Counted from the stretch's first letter, positions 25,314 through 37,660 are shown. The stretch is DNA of 58,415 nt from Hydrolagus affinis (GCA_012026655.1 JAAILG010002055.1:1-58415); one strand, 5' to 3'. Program-made: numbers and translations. Notes: generated by a model from the letters alone, not told the origin.

Positions 25314-26889
25314 GCTGCTGCCAGTCTAACCATATACAGTGGCTTTCCATTCATGTGGCCAAAGCAAACCCTTGACCTGGTTATATGTTAAAAACTACCA
25401 GTGGTTAACAGTGCTTCTGATGTAGTGCCTTTGTTTGAGATACCACCGGGCCTTGAGAGACACAATGGGTCAGATGGACCATGGGTAAGGTGATACTGAT
25501 GCTCGTTAAGGAAGGAGGGGAAGAAAATACGGAATATCATTACAAATGTAATCAAAAATCCATCCTTGCCAAAACAGGTCAAATGGATGCGATCTGTTTC
25601 TCACTGGAATTGCCTCCAGCTCTGCTCTGTCGTTATAGCACCTAACAAAAGTACAATGTTCTAAACATATACTTTCAAAGCCCAGTGTCATCCCTCAGGC
25701 TGTTTGTTTAGTTAGTGGATCTGTCTGGAATAGCTCCATCTGTTTCCATACTGATAATCTTTTACTGTCACGCTCACATGTGGAACCACAAGATGAGATT
25801 GTGAACACACTCCGATTATGTCAGCACCAAATAATGCCATTATGTCATGTTATTTACCATGATCAATTTTGTTGTTCGAAAGCAAGGAAATATGACACAG
25901 AGGTGAAATGCATAATTCTAGATGACACAGGATTTCAATGTAACATGTGGGCAGAAATATAATTTGGACTCAGTTTTCAATTTTACAACGTTTTCACAGA
26001 AGAAATAGGTGCTGTATTCTAAAACTGTATAGTTCAGTTAGATTTACTAAAATGCACTATGTTTGGCTGAGAAAGAACACCCAAACCAAACATACTACAT
26101 GCTGTATTTGAGTAAATTGTGGCGATTAAAATGGGTGTGGAGGCATCTCATTTGATACTTTAAAATCCTGTGTGTATCCGTTAGTTTTCCAATGGATGAC
26201 TAGTCCTAGGGCCGTTAGCATAACTAAAGAAAAATGCTAGCCCTAATTCTTTTTTTCCTGTGTTAATCATCTGAGGCCCATTATGTATCCTGCAATTTTA
26301 CAGTGTCTGCTAACTTGTACCCTTAGGCGAAGAAACATAATTTCACAAATCTGCAGCTTTTAAAGCAAACTGGAGGAAACCAATGTTACCATATTTAGCA
26401 TCGCCATCGTACTTTATTTGTAAAGCTACGTTTTGCGTAAAGGCAATAGTTCTCGTAATTTTTTTTAGGTGATGAAACTGTTCTATACCCAGTTTCAACA
26501 TATTTATGTTTAGCAGGAAGTCATAACTATAAAAGTACCACATGGCTATTTTAAATCCAGACAACAAAACTTCATTGAACTCGCAATAGGGACACAATTT
26601 TGTACCAACCTGAACTTTTGCATGTTTTTGGCATAGTCTGTCATATTCTTAGTGAATTGTTGTGTGGTTTTCTGGACCCCAACTAGCAGCAGTCTGGCTC
26701 CCTTCATTTCCTATAATTAAATGTATCTAGTGGTGCGACAATATTCTATCGATAATTGCAGCAACAACAAAGAATTTAAATAACCTAACTTTTTAAAGAT
26801 GTTATTTAAATTCTTGGTGATATAATCACGAGAAACGCCATCGTTTAATCCACGCTTCAGAGGCATGGATGAAGCATCCAGAAATGTGC

Positions 26890-27101
26890 TCTCTGCCTGC
26901 CTCAGGAAGCAGTAGCGTCACAGGCAGCTAAATAATTGTGAGGACCAAGGGTGCCTCTGGCAGCACTGGATGCCACTACGTTTCTGGCAGCCACCAGGCT
27001 GAGAGGACGCCAACCCTCCTGGCAGCTGACAGAGACCCTCTCTATAGAGCCAGCAGTTTGGTCTCGACATCCCTGGGCTGCATGCGAGTTGCCCACCCGG
27101 C
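26890..27101. mobile_element. GC-rich relic with a hAT-Charlie-like terminus
   Basis: Ends in GGGCTGCATGCGAGTTGCCCACCC (reverse complement GGGTGGGCAAC, Charlie-type TIR). Left end not identified. Confidence 0.35.
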
Positions 27102-27676
27102 TGTAAAGAATAAGATCGGTCACCAGAAGTAAATAAGTACATTTGCGGAATTGGGTACCACTGGGCATTATCAACACCGTCTGTGTTGCTATTGGCTCTG
27201 TGCACTGTGACCAGAATAACTATTTGGGTGCACAGCCTTGGAGCTTGACAAATCCAAACTTACTGCTTCACAGTGGAAGATGTGAAAGATTTGCGGGTTG
27301 GGTTAACCACATGTGAAACGCACACAGAAGCCCTCAGTTAGGTAATGAGCAAACATTGTAAAAGATTACGGAATCACCTGTAATCCCTTACATTGGTTAA
27401 TTACACACCTCAGGCCACCTTCAATTCCCTCTGTGCACATGCATTTTGCAAATAGTTAACCCAAGCTGTAAACTGCATTCCCAGTGGAATAATTTGTCAA
27501 ATGAAAATGAATGAAAAAAACATATTCAGGACTTTATTGAAGAGGCAGAAAATCAAAAGTGAGATTTGGGTTATTCTTCCCCCGACCCCCCAAATACACA
27601 GTGTTAACAGAATACAGGAAGAACAGCAGTCACTGTTTTCATCTTTTCACCTAAATTCCCCAGTTTATACGACAGA

Positions 27677-27736
27677 CCAACAACAACAACAAAATTGCAC
27701 TTATATAGCCCCTTTCACGTCAGGAGGACATCCCAA
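27677..27736 (-). mobile_element. tail-only L2 insertion
   Basis: CCAA-(CAA)n-AATTGCACTTATATAGCCCCTTTCACGTCAGGAGGACATC-CCAA. Confidence 0.9.
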
Positions 27737-27904
27737 ATCGCTGGGACATAAAACCACATAAAACTGTGCTCAGTTAGCATCAGGATCATCTAAACTGAAT
27801 GTGTTCTCCTGCAGGTGTTTATACTTGGTGCTGACCGGATTTAGATCATGCAGTTTGTGGCATAAAATCTTTGACCACCTCTGACCCTGCAGCATCCACT
27901 CCTT

Positions 27905-28045
27905 CAAATACATCCATGAGAGAGTGTGGTAAGGAGCGGTATGGAATAGATTTGGTCGGGCGGGGACTTGTGGGGATGATAAACACCGGCATGGATTAAT
28001 TGAACCAAATAGCCTGTTTCCGTGCTGTGTGTAATCCCAATGCAG
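27905..28045 (+). mobile_element. CR1 LINE 3' UTR fragment
   Basis: ATAAACACCGGCATGGA...GAACCAAATAGCCTGTTTCCGTGCTGT, typical of a CR1 3' end. Confidence 0.65.
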
Positions 28046-29427
28046 GCATTAACGTTTTCATATTTTGCTGCAAAGGGAAAGGCATTTACAGAAAATGTTT
28101 GTCCTGAGGTCAACAAGTGGAGGGTTTTATTCCATGATCTTTATAAATAACTGCAGCACTTACACATGTCGTTTCCATTAAATATACAGCAGTTCTGTTG
28201 CAACTTCACAGTTAATGCTTAATCTTGCTGTTTTGGTTTAAAATCATTTAAAATGATTGTAACATATTTTCAATTGTCATCTTTTCCTAAATGAATATGA
28301 AACTAAGTGGCAAGAATAGCAATGATCTGGGTTGGAAAAAATGATTATGTGGAATGCATGCAAGTTTTAACTAGCTGCACATGGAATTGGGACTTAAAAT
28401 AACATTACTTCTCAATCCTGTTTTATATATGGTCATCATAGGAAATGGTTGCAGTTATGAGACAACATAAGCAACTTCCAGAGAAGTCGCATCCTGGACA
28501 AAACTGGAAATTACTGTGAAAAAGAGGCCCTGTAACTGGAAGGTTACTATAGGCATGTACAGGACCGGAAAAGGCCATTGAGGTCCATCTGGACAGCCCC
28601 ATTTGAATCCAAGTTGAGAATCTCAACTATAATCTACAGCAGTCATATTCTGAGCGCTTATTAACAAACATGTCAAACAGATACTCTTGCTAGTGACAAT
28701 AAAGGAAAACATGCTGATTGACAGTATCACAGTCCAATATGGAATGACCACTGAAATGACAAATCACCTCAATTGCTAAAGCCGCCGTCCTAAAACTAAC
28801 ACAAACTTGAAAAGCTGTGAGTTTCTCTAGAACACAGGGCCTCCAGGCTGTACAAAGTATGAATAGCTGACCGTCTGGCAGCTATCTGAATGGTAGGTAA
28901 GTCTAGACAGAAGCAAGCACCTCTGATTGAATGCGAGTCAAATTTGGAACCATCAATAACCTGTACATGTGACCATAAATTTTATCCAAAGGTCTAATGG
29001 TACTAAACCTAGCAAAATACTTAGGTCAAATTACACATCAATTAGTTCGTCAGGCGTGGGCCTAATAGGGGCAGATGAAATCGGAGTGTTGGATCTCCAT
29101 GCTAATGCCCTAATGACTGTGGCTTTAAGCCAAGTGTCATATATTTTGAGTAAGAAAAGGTTTAATGCCCTGGGCAGGATGAACAAAGATAAATGAGGGC
29201 AGATATATGTACCTTGAGCAGTGTTAACACTACTTTGTACATTCTGACAGAAGTATAACGCAGAGATGAAATTGACTCTCATCAGAATATACTAAAATCT
29301 GGTGGAGGAAATTCTGATTAACTGAATTAATGCTACATACTCTGATCTACCACCTGGGTATGGCATATGAAAACAATATATTTTAAGTCGTACTTGGATC
29401 TGTTTGCAAGAACTCTGGACGTTTAAA

Positions 29428-29722
29428 AAATATTCCTTGCACTTGACGTTGTCTTTCACGTCAGGTGGATATCTCACAGCACTTCAAAGACTTTACTGTA
29501 AAGTGTATTGACTGTAGATTTTGCACAATTAGCATGCAGTGCAAAATGAATACATTTTTTTGTGGGGGGCTGGGGGGGAATTGTCAGCCAGGATCCTAGG
29601 GAATTTCCTTCTTTTTTCGAATAGTGCCTATGGATCTTTAAGATCCATCCGCACAGGCATAGAATATCAGGTTAATGACTCATCCAAAGGATGGCACCTC
29701 TTATAATGCAACACTCCACCAG
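29428..29722 (-). mobile_element. DeuSINE-like, 5'-truncated
   Basis: Deu-type CGAATAGTGCC..GGATCTTTAAGATCCA...CTCATCCAAAGGATGGCACCTC, joined to a tail homologous to family A. Confidence 0.75.
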
Positions 29723-30693
29723 GTTTTATGAATCCCAAGCACCAAGTTATAACTGGGCATCACTGTATACGACTTTCAGTTTTAACTACTGTATTTATGT
29801 AGAGGCATCTAGTTTCCGTGTCTCACTTTTGCTCAATGACTGACAAGAACAAGAGCTCATCACGTGGGGAATTGCAAACCCAATGTTGCATTTTGCCCTC
29901 CTGTGACAAAATAACTTGATACGCCCAATTTTCTGTTTAATCTGCAAGCTCATATCTCAGTAGACAGTTTGTGAGGTAGGCTTGCGTGCCATCTTGCATG
30001 ATTTTGCATAACAGGATTCAATTCACAGTGATTTAATAACAGATTTCTTCATAACAAATGAGCAGTTACCAAAACTACTGAAACATTGAAATGCGCCGAG
30101 GGATACACTGTTGAATAGAATGGGAAGGGGAATTCACAAAAAATAAAAGCTTCTCCAGTTCTATTCATTTTCCATCTTCCATAAGCTCTAATATTTCAAT
30201 TACTCTAATAGAGGTATTTGAGCTACTTAAATGATTGCTCTGGAGAATATGGATCCATTTCTCGCTTGTTCGCAGTTCCATGATTTGCTGTGAGATCTTT
30301 TTTAATCAGCTTGGATACTTCAAGAAACATCAATAAAATGTAGCAAATGTTTCAGATAATGTTTGAGTTATTAGGCTTGTTTGTTACTCTAAGGAGTAAA
30401 AAAATTCACATTACAATTTGCTACAAAGAGTTAACTTGAGGATTTGGTGGATAAATGTATTGAGTAATGTGATACTGAGCCATGCAGTAAATAAAGCAAG
30501 GTGATAGTTGGTGTTGCTGACTTGGCTAAAACCAGTCAAGATTGGAGGAAATACAGTCGACCTCAACAGCCTTAGGATGGTGAGATCAGATAGACGCTGA
30601 TGGCTAAGCAGTAACATTGCTGGTAATCAGTGGGGCCTGGTCACCTTTTTGACAAGTTAAAGGAAACTGAATATGTCGAACCAGGCTGAGTTT

Positions 30694-31023
30694 GGAGACA
30701 TGCAGCTCATTGGTTAGAGTACTCGCCTCACAAGCAAAGAGACCTGGGTTTGATTCCTGGCAGGGCAAAACTTCGGGGAAGTTTCCTTGCTCCACATACC
30801 TGATAATAACAACTCAAGAAAAAAAAACAATAATAAATTGGTCACTTCAATCCACGACCGTTGGTGAACTGTTTGCTGTGCACAATGAAACACAATTCTG
30901 CCACGTTTTGTCCATACATATACAGTCAATTCACTTTACAGTATATTCTGTGAAGCGCTTTGAGACGTTCAGAAGACAACTTGAAAAGCGCTATATCAAA
31001 TGCAAGGATTATTTTATTATATT
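30694..31023 (+). mobile_element. SINE family A, full-length short variant
   Basis: tRNA head (GCTCATTGGTTAGAGT; GGTTTGATTCC), truncated CORE, AGCGCTTT...AAAGCGCT stem, (TTA)n tail. Confidence 0.93.
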
Positions 31024-31129
31024 CAAACTATCTTGTTACCAGGGCAATGGGGCCTTCATGAATGCGCACTGTCTTGGCGTCTCTCTCGATGGTCGTACGC
31101 CCGCACCAGTTCCTCAATACCTTACTTGC

Positions 31130-31340
31130 TCACCTGATGAGACCCCACTGCTGGCAATCATGTGTGCGGATGTTACATGAGGACAGGATTGAGAATGGCT
31201 GAGTTACCTACCATGCACCACTGATGCACTGATATTCACTCTGTAGGCTCACGCAAGAAGAACAGCATAATTGGCAAAGCACCAGAAGAATGCTGGTGCC
31301 CGGAATAAGTCACCGACTTTGGGGAAAGAAGAGGGATATT
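31130..31340 (+). mobile_element. family C fragment
   Basis: TGAGGACAGGAT (31178-31189) is the exact reverse complement of 36003-36014. TAGGCTCACGCAAGAAGAA also shared. Confidence 0.55.
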
Positions 31341-31839
31341 ACGGTGGGTGGGGGGGAGAAAGGAAACCGTGGAAAAGCGACGATTTACATATGTTCCATA
31401 TCAATCGGTTATTGAACAGTAAAATTCTCAATTTGCCACCTTTATGTCAATACACGAATTAGGGGTCAAAAGGTTGTGAATGGCATCAGCGCACGGGTGA
31501 CCTGCTGATATAAAAGCAACATTTCTTTAGGTTCTTAAGAGGAACTAATTGGATGCTCAAGTGGGGCTTTTAGAAATGGGAACAGCACATCAAAAGAAAC
31601 AGATATGGAAAACATGATAAGGAGAAGACCTTGCCAGAACTGTACAGCTGGACACAAATGTAACATTAACACACTGGTGCATAGTAAAGTACTTTGCAGT
31701 TCATCCAGAAGCGTCAGAAGCATCGCTTTGAGGCATTTCCTTAGCATTTCCTTAAATGCATTTATTGAATAGATCCATATGTTTGCAACATTACTTTTGG
31801 CCCTTTCCTCCTCACTACAGTATATTGCGATCAGGTTTA

Positions 31840-32246
31840 AAATAATAATCCTGCCTTTCACACCAGAAGGAAGTTTCAAAGCGCTATCGCAGGATTTACT
31901 GTGAAGTGTAGTGACTAGGTATTTTGTAGACAAACGAGGCACCCATCAAATGAATGATCTATTTCTATCTGAGACATTATCGTCTAGGACGTAAGGAGGA
32001 ACTCCCTTCTCTTTAGAATAGTGTATCTTGATTGAATAGTGAATCTTTTAACATCCACCCCGAACAAGCAGATGGCACCTCAGATTAATATCTCATCTGA
32101 AGGATGGCGCTTCAAACAATGCAGCACTCTGCCTGCACTGCATTTGAGTGTCAGCCGAGATTGTGAGTTCAAAGTCCTGACACGGGCCTTGAATCCACAT
32201 CCCTCTGACTCAGAGGTGAGTGCGCTATCAGTTGAGCCAGGCTGAC
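31840..32246 (-). mobile_element. DeuSINE (SacSINE1-like), near full-length
   Basis: Minus-strand head GTCAGCCTGGCTCAACTGATAGCGCACTCACCTCTGAGTCAGAGGGATGTGGATTCAAG, Deu-type body and L2-type tail. Confidence 0.85.
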
Positions 32247-33100
32247 GCTTCATTTGCTCTGTTGCTGTAAGACAATGCAAATCACTTGCTTATTATGGCT
32301 CTATGTATTGGCGTTTCATTGCAACTGTTTGGAATGCTATAGTGGCTGGGTCACACGTTTCTGCGGAGTTCTTCAGAATCGCATCTCCGAGATTGCGCTC
32401 GCAATCAAAATAATGTGACAGTGTACCACATGCTGCTAATCGGGAAATGGAGCGTTGTTTTCTGCTCAGTAGTGAGGGTTGCTCTTTTTATTTAAAAAAA
32501 AGAGTTTAAAAAAAGAACACTGCAGGCTCCAACTCCCACTGTATGAGCCATCACTGTTCTGGAACCTTCTAAATCATTTACCAACGCTATAATTTAACAT
32601 TCCTTTAAACTTACACTCAGCCCACACCTACATTCAAACAGCACACACTAACATAAATTGCAGGCCTTGTATAAGATGACTGCAGCCTTCGAACTGAATG
32701 CCGCCGACACACAAATACGTTGCAGTGTACAAATAAAACCCAAAACAATTAGACAACCAGTAAACTAATTGAATCTGGTTGTTTACAAATTGCAAGCACG
32801 GACCCGAAAAAACAGAGAAGCATTTAAAAAATATGTGAATAAATATTGGGAAACAAAGTAATTGTAGGTTTCAAAGTACACTACAGACATTTGAGTTAAC
32901 CTCAACCACTTAAAATCAGTTTTAATGCTTCCTTCCATGCGTTGGGAAGGTGCTAAATCTTAAAAGTGGCATTGCCACTCTCATTAAGACAGTTAAATCA
33001 TCTTTCTATTCAGTTTGTATTTTGTTTACTTAAACAAAAAGTTTTTATGCTCCCTAATTTACCCCTTCCAGTGAACTTAGCACCATAAACTGCCTTCCAG

Positions 33101-33170
33101 CAACAATAACAACAACTTGCATTTATATAGTGCATTTCATGTAGGATAATGACTCGGAGCAATTCACAAT
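33101..33170 (-). mobile_element. old L2-type tail
   Basis: CAACAATAACAACAACTTGCATTTATATAGTGCATTTCATG...CAATTCACA. Confidence 0.6.
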
Positions 33171-33449
33171 GGTGGGGTTGGACCTCAAGAAAGGGAGAAT
33201 TAACAAGGGCAACTCAGCCTCATATACCTTCTAAATGACTACTCTCAAAGGCACTCAGTGGTGACAGATGGAGACATGAAACAGATGAAACAGATCTCCT
33301 AACTAGGCTTACAGTAAGAGGATCTTTCACCTGGTAACTACAGTTACCCTCTTCTGTGATCTCCTCAGTCCTGTTTTGTAGTGAATTTTCAACTTTTAAA
33401 AAAATGTTTTAAAAAGGAAACTGAAAACTCTTACTGTGGACCAGCTTTC

Positions 33450-33590
33450 AACCACTTTCCTCCCTCACCTTTCAGGAACTTTCTGACTACATCTCATCTT
33501 TCCACGCTGCTTGCGCTTTCATTTTGGCTCCATGAATCGCTTTGTAGTATTTCCTTAGTGAACAGTGCCATACAAGTCTGCGTTGTTGTT
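33450..33590 (+). mobile_element. old L2-type 3' end
   Basis: Pyrimidine-rich ORF end, then TGAATCGCTTTG...GTGCCATACAAG..(GTT)n. Confidence 0.45.
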
Positions 33591-33619
33591 GCAGTTGCAG
33601 CTTTGGCCGGTTTCCCTCG

Positions 33620-33770
33620 GTGCTGGGTCAAAATCCATGAACTCAACACTGTTGTGGAAGCCCCATCACTGCAAGAAGCTGTAGTTTCAAGAGAAGGCCC
33701 CACTACTATCCTTCTTAAGGCAATCAGGAATGGGCACTAAAATGTTGAGCCTGCAATTATCATCCATATC
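33620..33770 (+). mobile_element. 3' end of a chondrichthyan CR1-group LINE
   Basis: CTGGGTCAAAATCC..GAACTC...TTCAAGAGAAGGCCCCCAC..CCTTCTTAAGGCAATCAGGAATGGGCACTAAAATG resembles a common shark LINE 3' end (recalled, not searched). Confidence 0.55.
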
Positions 33771-33793
33771 TTCAGCGCCTTGGGACGTCTTTA

Positions 33794-33828
33794 ATATATT
33801 TATATATATATATATACATATTTATATA
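33794..33828. repeat. (TA)n microsatellite, imperfect
   Basis: Direct reading. Confidence 0.9.
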
Positions 33829-33991
33829 CTCATGCATGAGTACACTTAAATCTCGGGGGTGGGGTAAAGAACTGGCCCAACGAACCGGAATTTCTAGCTA
33901 AGGATAATTATAATGCCAGCATTGTAATCATGTTTGAATCCAATAAGCAAAAGATAATGGCTAAGATATTTTCTGCTTGTGGGATTTGTGC

Positions 33992-34296
33992 AGTCCTGTA
34001 GCTCAGTGGTTAGAGCACTCGCCTTTCAAGCGAGTGACCTGGGTTCAATTCCAGGCAGGGCAAAACCTTGGGCAAGTTTCTTTACTCCACATGCCTAATA
34101 ATAATACTTAAAAAAAATTAATTGGTCACTTCAATCCACGATAGTTTGTGGGACATTGCTGTGTGCAATTGGCTGCCGTGTTTTGCCCACAAATATACAG
34201 TCGGTTCACTTTACAGTATATTCTGAAGTGCTTTGAGATGTCAAGAAGACGTGAAAAGCACTATATCAAATGCAAGAATTATTATTATTATTATTA
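33992..34296 (+). mobile_element. SINE family A, full-length short variant (best-preserved copy)
   Basis: Near-complete tRNA cloverleaf head (A box TAGCTCAGTGG, B box GGTTCAATTCC), CORE-like ACCTTGGGCAAGTT, body, 3' stem-loop and (TTA)6. Confidence 0.95.
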
Positions 34297-35869
34297 AACT
34301 ATCTGAGCCAATGTTGATATGCCTGGCCGCTGTGAAGGCCAGCAAGCACCTGTGAGGCTGCGTTGGGAGAGAAGGGCTGGCGGGAGACTGCACATGCAGA
34401 AATTTTGGATCCATGGATTTATTTTTCAGGCTCAGTCCAGTTAGGTTCCAATTCTGGATACTTGGGAATCTGGTTAGCCAGTGGTTTACTGTATATTAAA
34501 AATACTCAATATTTAGATTCCTCAGTTGTACAGGGAAAATATCCTGTAAACACATCTGAAAAGGAATAGGAAGTTAATTCGTAAACTAATATCCTTCCCA
34601 TTTTGCATAGCATCTCTCACATCAGGGGGACATCCCCAAGTGCTTCACAGGATTTACTGTGACTGTGTATTTGCAGGCAAGAAAGGGAGAGCTCACTAAC
34701 AGGTAGTAATGATTTTAAAACTGGGATTATTACTTGGCATGTGATTCAAGAGGCAGGATGTGTGCATCACAGCAAAAGGATATAACCAGCCATCAACTAA
34801 CTAGTAATTTTCAATCCATGGGGCACATTGTGGAAATGGCACAAGAGTGTTAATGAGACACACAAATCTCAACTCCATTCAAGTGGTGTATTTCTTTTCC
34901 GTTTAGCAAAGTATCATAACAGCTTCATTGTTTCCATACTTTTCTCGGTGGGTTTTCTATTTTTGTTGGAGGGAGAGACACAGAGAAAAATATATAGAAT
35001 GTCCATTAAGGAAATAATATACAGTACATGGAAAACCTTCAATCTTTCAGTCTGATCATAATTTTTGAAAATTGTAAGCGACAGATATGGATGTTTAAAC
35101 CTGTTCCCAGTGGACTATCAATAATGTGTCAATATCTTTCATATCACAGAAGTATGGAGAGGTCAGAAAATCTATTTGGGGTTGAAATGGGGTCATCTCT
35201 AATTTGGCGTTCCTCTCCCGAATTTTGACAGGTTACAGAACTCCCCCTTTGGTAGCCGCAGAGTGGAGTCAACACTGAATTTCAGAGTTACCACTTCAAA
35301 CCTGGGATCAATATTCACCTCCAAATAAAATTGCATTGCTTTCCCACACAGCCAGTGGGGTTGGAGGCTACCTTCAAAAGGATTCATCAACTCAATGGAC
35401 GCCAGTTGCTGGAACTGCTGCTCTGTCACTTCAGCATCTTTTTAAAAAAAAATCTCCGTTTTGAGGTGTTGTTTTACACAGTTAGGAAACAAATCATACT
35501 TGGAAAAATTGATTAATCACATGCATTAAGTTACAAATATTTACATTTATCGTGGGTCGTAATGAAAAGGGCAGTTGTTGTCATTAGTTCCAACACTGAA
35601 AATGAATGGTATCTGAGGTGGAATTGGTTGTGAAGGATGGGCATACTAAATGCGGTTGTTTCTGTGCATGTACCTAAGAAAGCATCAAGAAAAGGACCAG
35701 AGAGACGAGGGTAGTTCCATGAAATAGCTGAGAATCCCATCACACTTGGTGGCTTTTGCATTCAAGTCTATATATTTTTTCTTATTTATTTAGCTTCGCA
35801 CTATCTCTGCAGTATAAGTGTGGTTCCTTCTTTCTGGACTGAAACAGAATGTGATTGCTTTGCATTAGT

Positions 35870-36050
35870 TTTCTCTGCTTCCTCTCCTCAATGCTGCAAG
35901 ACCATCCTATGGATGCCGGAAACTCCGATATCTCAACCAAATTGCAGTGGTTTACATTCTAGACATTGTGCTTCAGTAAAATGGGATTGACACATTGAGC
36001 TCATCCTGTCCTCACCCAACAACCAAACAGACCCACTTTCTAACAGGGGA
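35870..36050 (-). mobile_element. family C fragment
   Basis: TTCCTCTCCT end; ATCCTGTCCTCACCC; CACTTTCTAACAGGGG. Confidence 0.5.
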
Positions 36051-37589
36051 GCAGTGAGGAGAGGGGGGATTTATTTTTAGATAAATCATTGCTATCATTA
36101 GACACATAGGCTTTAATTCTAGTCAGTGTTAAACATCACCACTTTGAGGATGTCGTACGTTAACAGGATTTCCCTATTATAACCATCCATGTAGCAGCAA
36201 GTGAAATTTCAGCCCTTAATTCTATTATAAAGGGGGTAACTGACCATGTGAAAACACAATCCCAAGTTTCTTTCCTTTAGAAAATATGAATCAGTCATGG
36301 CAAATTGATCTGTAAAGAGTTGAGTGCATTTGACTAGGGCTGGCACAGTCCCGTGCCATAATTTAATATTCCACAAGGCAATACTGGGCAACGCTTGTAT
36401 AGAAGGTTGTGTAACCATGCCTGATGTTTCTGTTTCTCGTCCATCAGCGCTGCTACCCAGAGTGTTGGGTTGCCAAAAATCTTTGAATGAGAATTGGACC
36501 TGCCTAGCTGGTGTTTCTACTGGTTGGCTCTAAAGTATTTAAAAATGTGAAACAAGTCTTGTCATTTATTGTGGGAAATCATAATTCCCTCGGTGGCACA
36601 ATGACACGATGGTGATTTGTAAATGTAATACCTTTTATTTTTCAAAAAAACAACCAGCTCAAGTTCCACCTAATGGGTGGAGATGGGAAACTGCTAATTA
36701 CTTTTTGTGATCTACTGTCGCCAACTGCCATAATAAATAAGTTCACTGAGACTTACCAGAAGCCCGTAATTTAAGTAGGTGTTTGTGTATTAGGTTGTGG
36801 GAAGAAAATCTGTTCACATAATTCTAATAACTAATGCCTTTCTTTTTCACACCTTTAGATGCTATGATGGATACAAATTGTCTGTATTGGACAAAAGCCA
36901 CTTAAATATAAGAGCAAGGCACAAAAGCAAATGGTTTAAGATAGACATTTGCATCATGCAAGGCTGCGGGCAAAATGCTTTAACCTTTTCAGAACATCAA
37001 GGATATCTGGCACTGGTTCAAAATTATATTTTATCAAAGTGATTTTATGGCAATAGCTGTTAAGTGATTAAAAGGAAAGTTTATGTGTTTGAAATACTGT
37101 AACTGGAATTTTCTTTACAAACAGTTCTGTTTCACACAGATCTAGATTGGCAATGAAGCTTCAGTGATTTTTTTTTCTTATTTCGTTGCCTTTTATTCAG
37201 GACATTACTGTAGTTCACACCAAACTTTTTGTGATTTCCTCCTTACACCCACAACACAAGGTTAAACATCTCCAATTCAAATAACCTGCTAACACTCACT
37301 GGGAAGCCTCACACATAAATAACTAACATGGGGTGATATACCAGAGGGCATCTGGCACTATAGAACCATAGCCCAGGGCCAGTGGAGGAAAAAAGGTCTG
37401 CAGAAGAAGAAGAGAAAATTGGCTAGAAAGAAAAGTGGAGGCGGTTTGAGTCTGTATTGGCTAACTAACTCACCAAAGAATGAATTTACCTACTGGGCCA
37501 TAAGGAAAGCTCATCCTCATGGCATTTATTTTCAATAATTTTTTTTAAAAGCGCAAATGCCATGTGGGACACACATAGCATTTACAACA

Positions 37590-37660
37590 ACCGGCATAGA
37601 GATGATGGGCCAAATGGCTTCCTTTTGTGCTGTATAATTCTATGATATAAGATTCTATGG
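37590..37660 (+). mobile_element. CR1 3' terminus
   Basis: ATGGGCCAAATGGCTTCCTTTTGTGCTGTATA followed by two ATTCTATG octamers, the hallmark CR1 tail. Confidence 0.8.

Noticed and set aside
8393-27736. CRISPR-like recurring short palindromic repeats
   Set aside because: Irregular kb-scale spacing, (TTG)n tails and identity with L2 3' ends; eukaryotic context with no cas genes.
30692-31180. Longest ORF (162 aa) and the recurring 'IQSIHFTVYSVK/KCKDY' peptides
   Set aside because: These are translations of SINE-A copies, not a gene family.
31463-31476. DR2-like nuclear receptor site GGGTCA-AA-AGGTTG
   Set aside because: The second half-site has two mismatches; an isolated motif is not enough.
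33992-34062. tRNA gene (cloverleaf, apparent TTC anticodon)
   Set aside because: It is the head of SINE-A. It runs into the CORE, body and tail, the T-stem and acceptor are mismatched, and sister copies have other anticodon loops (CTCACAA at 30727 and in the 49811 copy).
35200-35430. Possible ancient LINE RT fragment (NLGSIFTSK)
   Set aside because: Only one weak motif; cannot be supported without a profile search.
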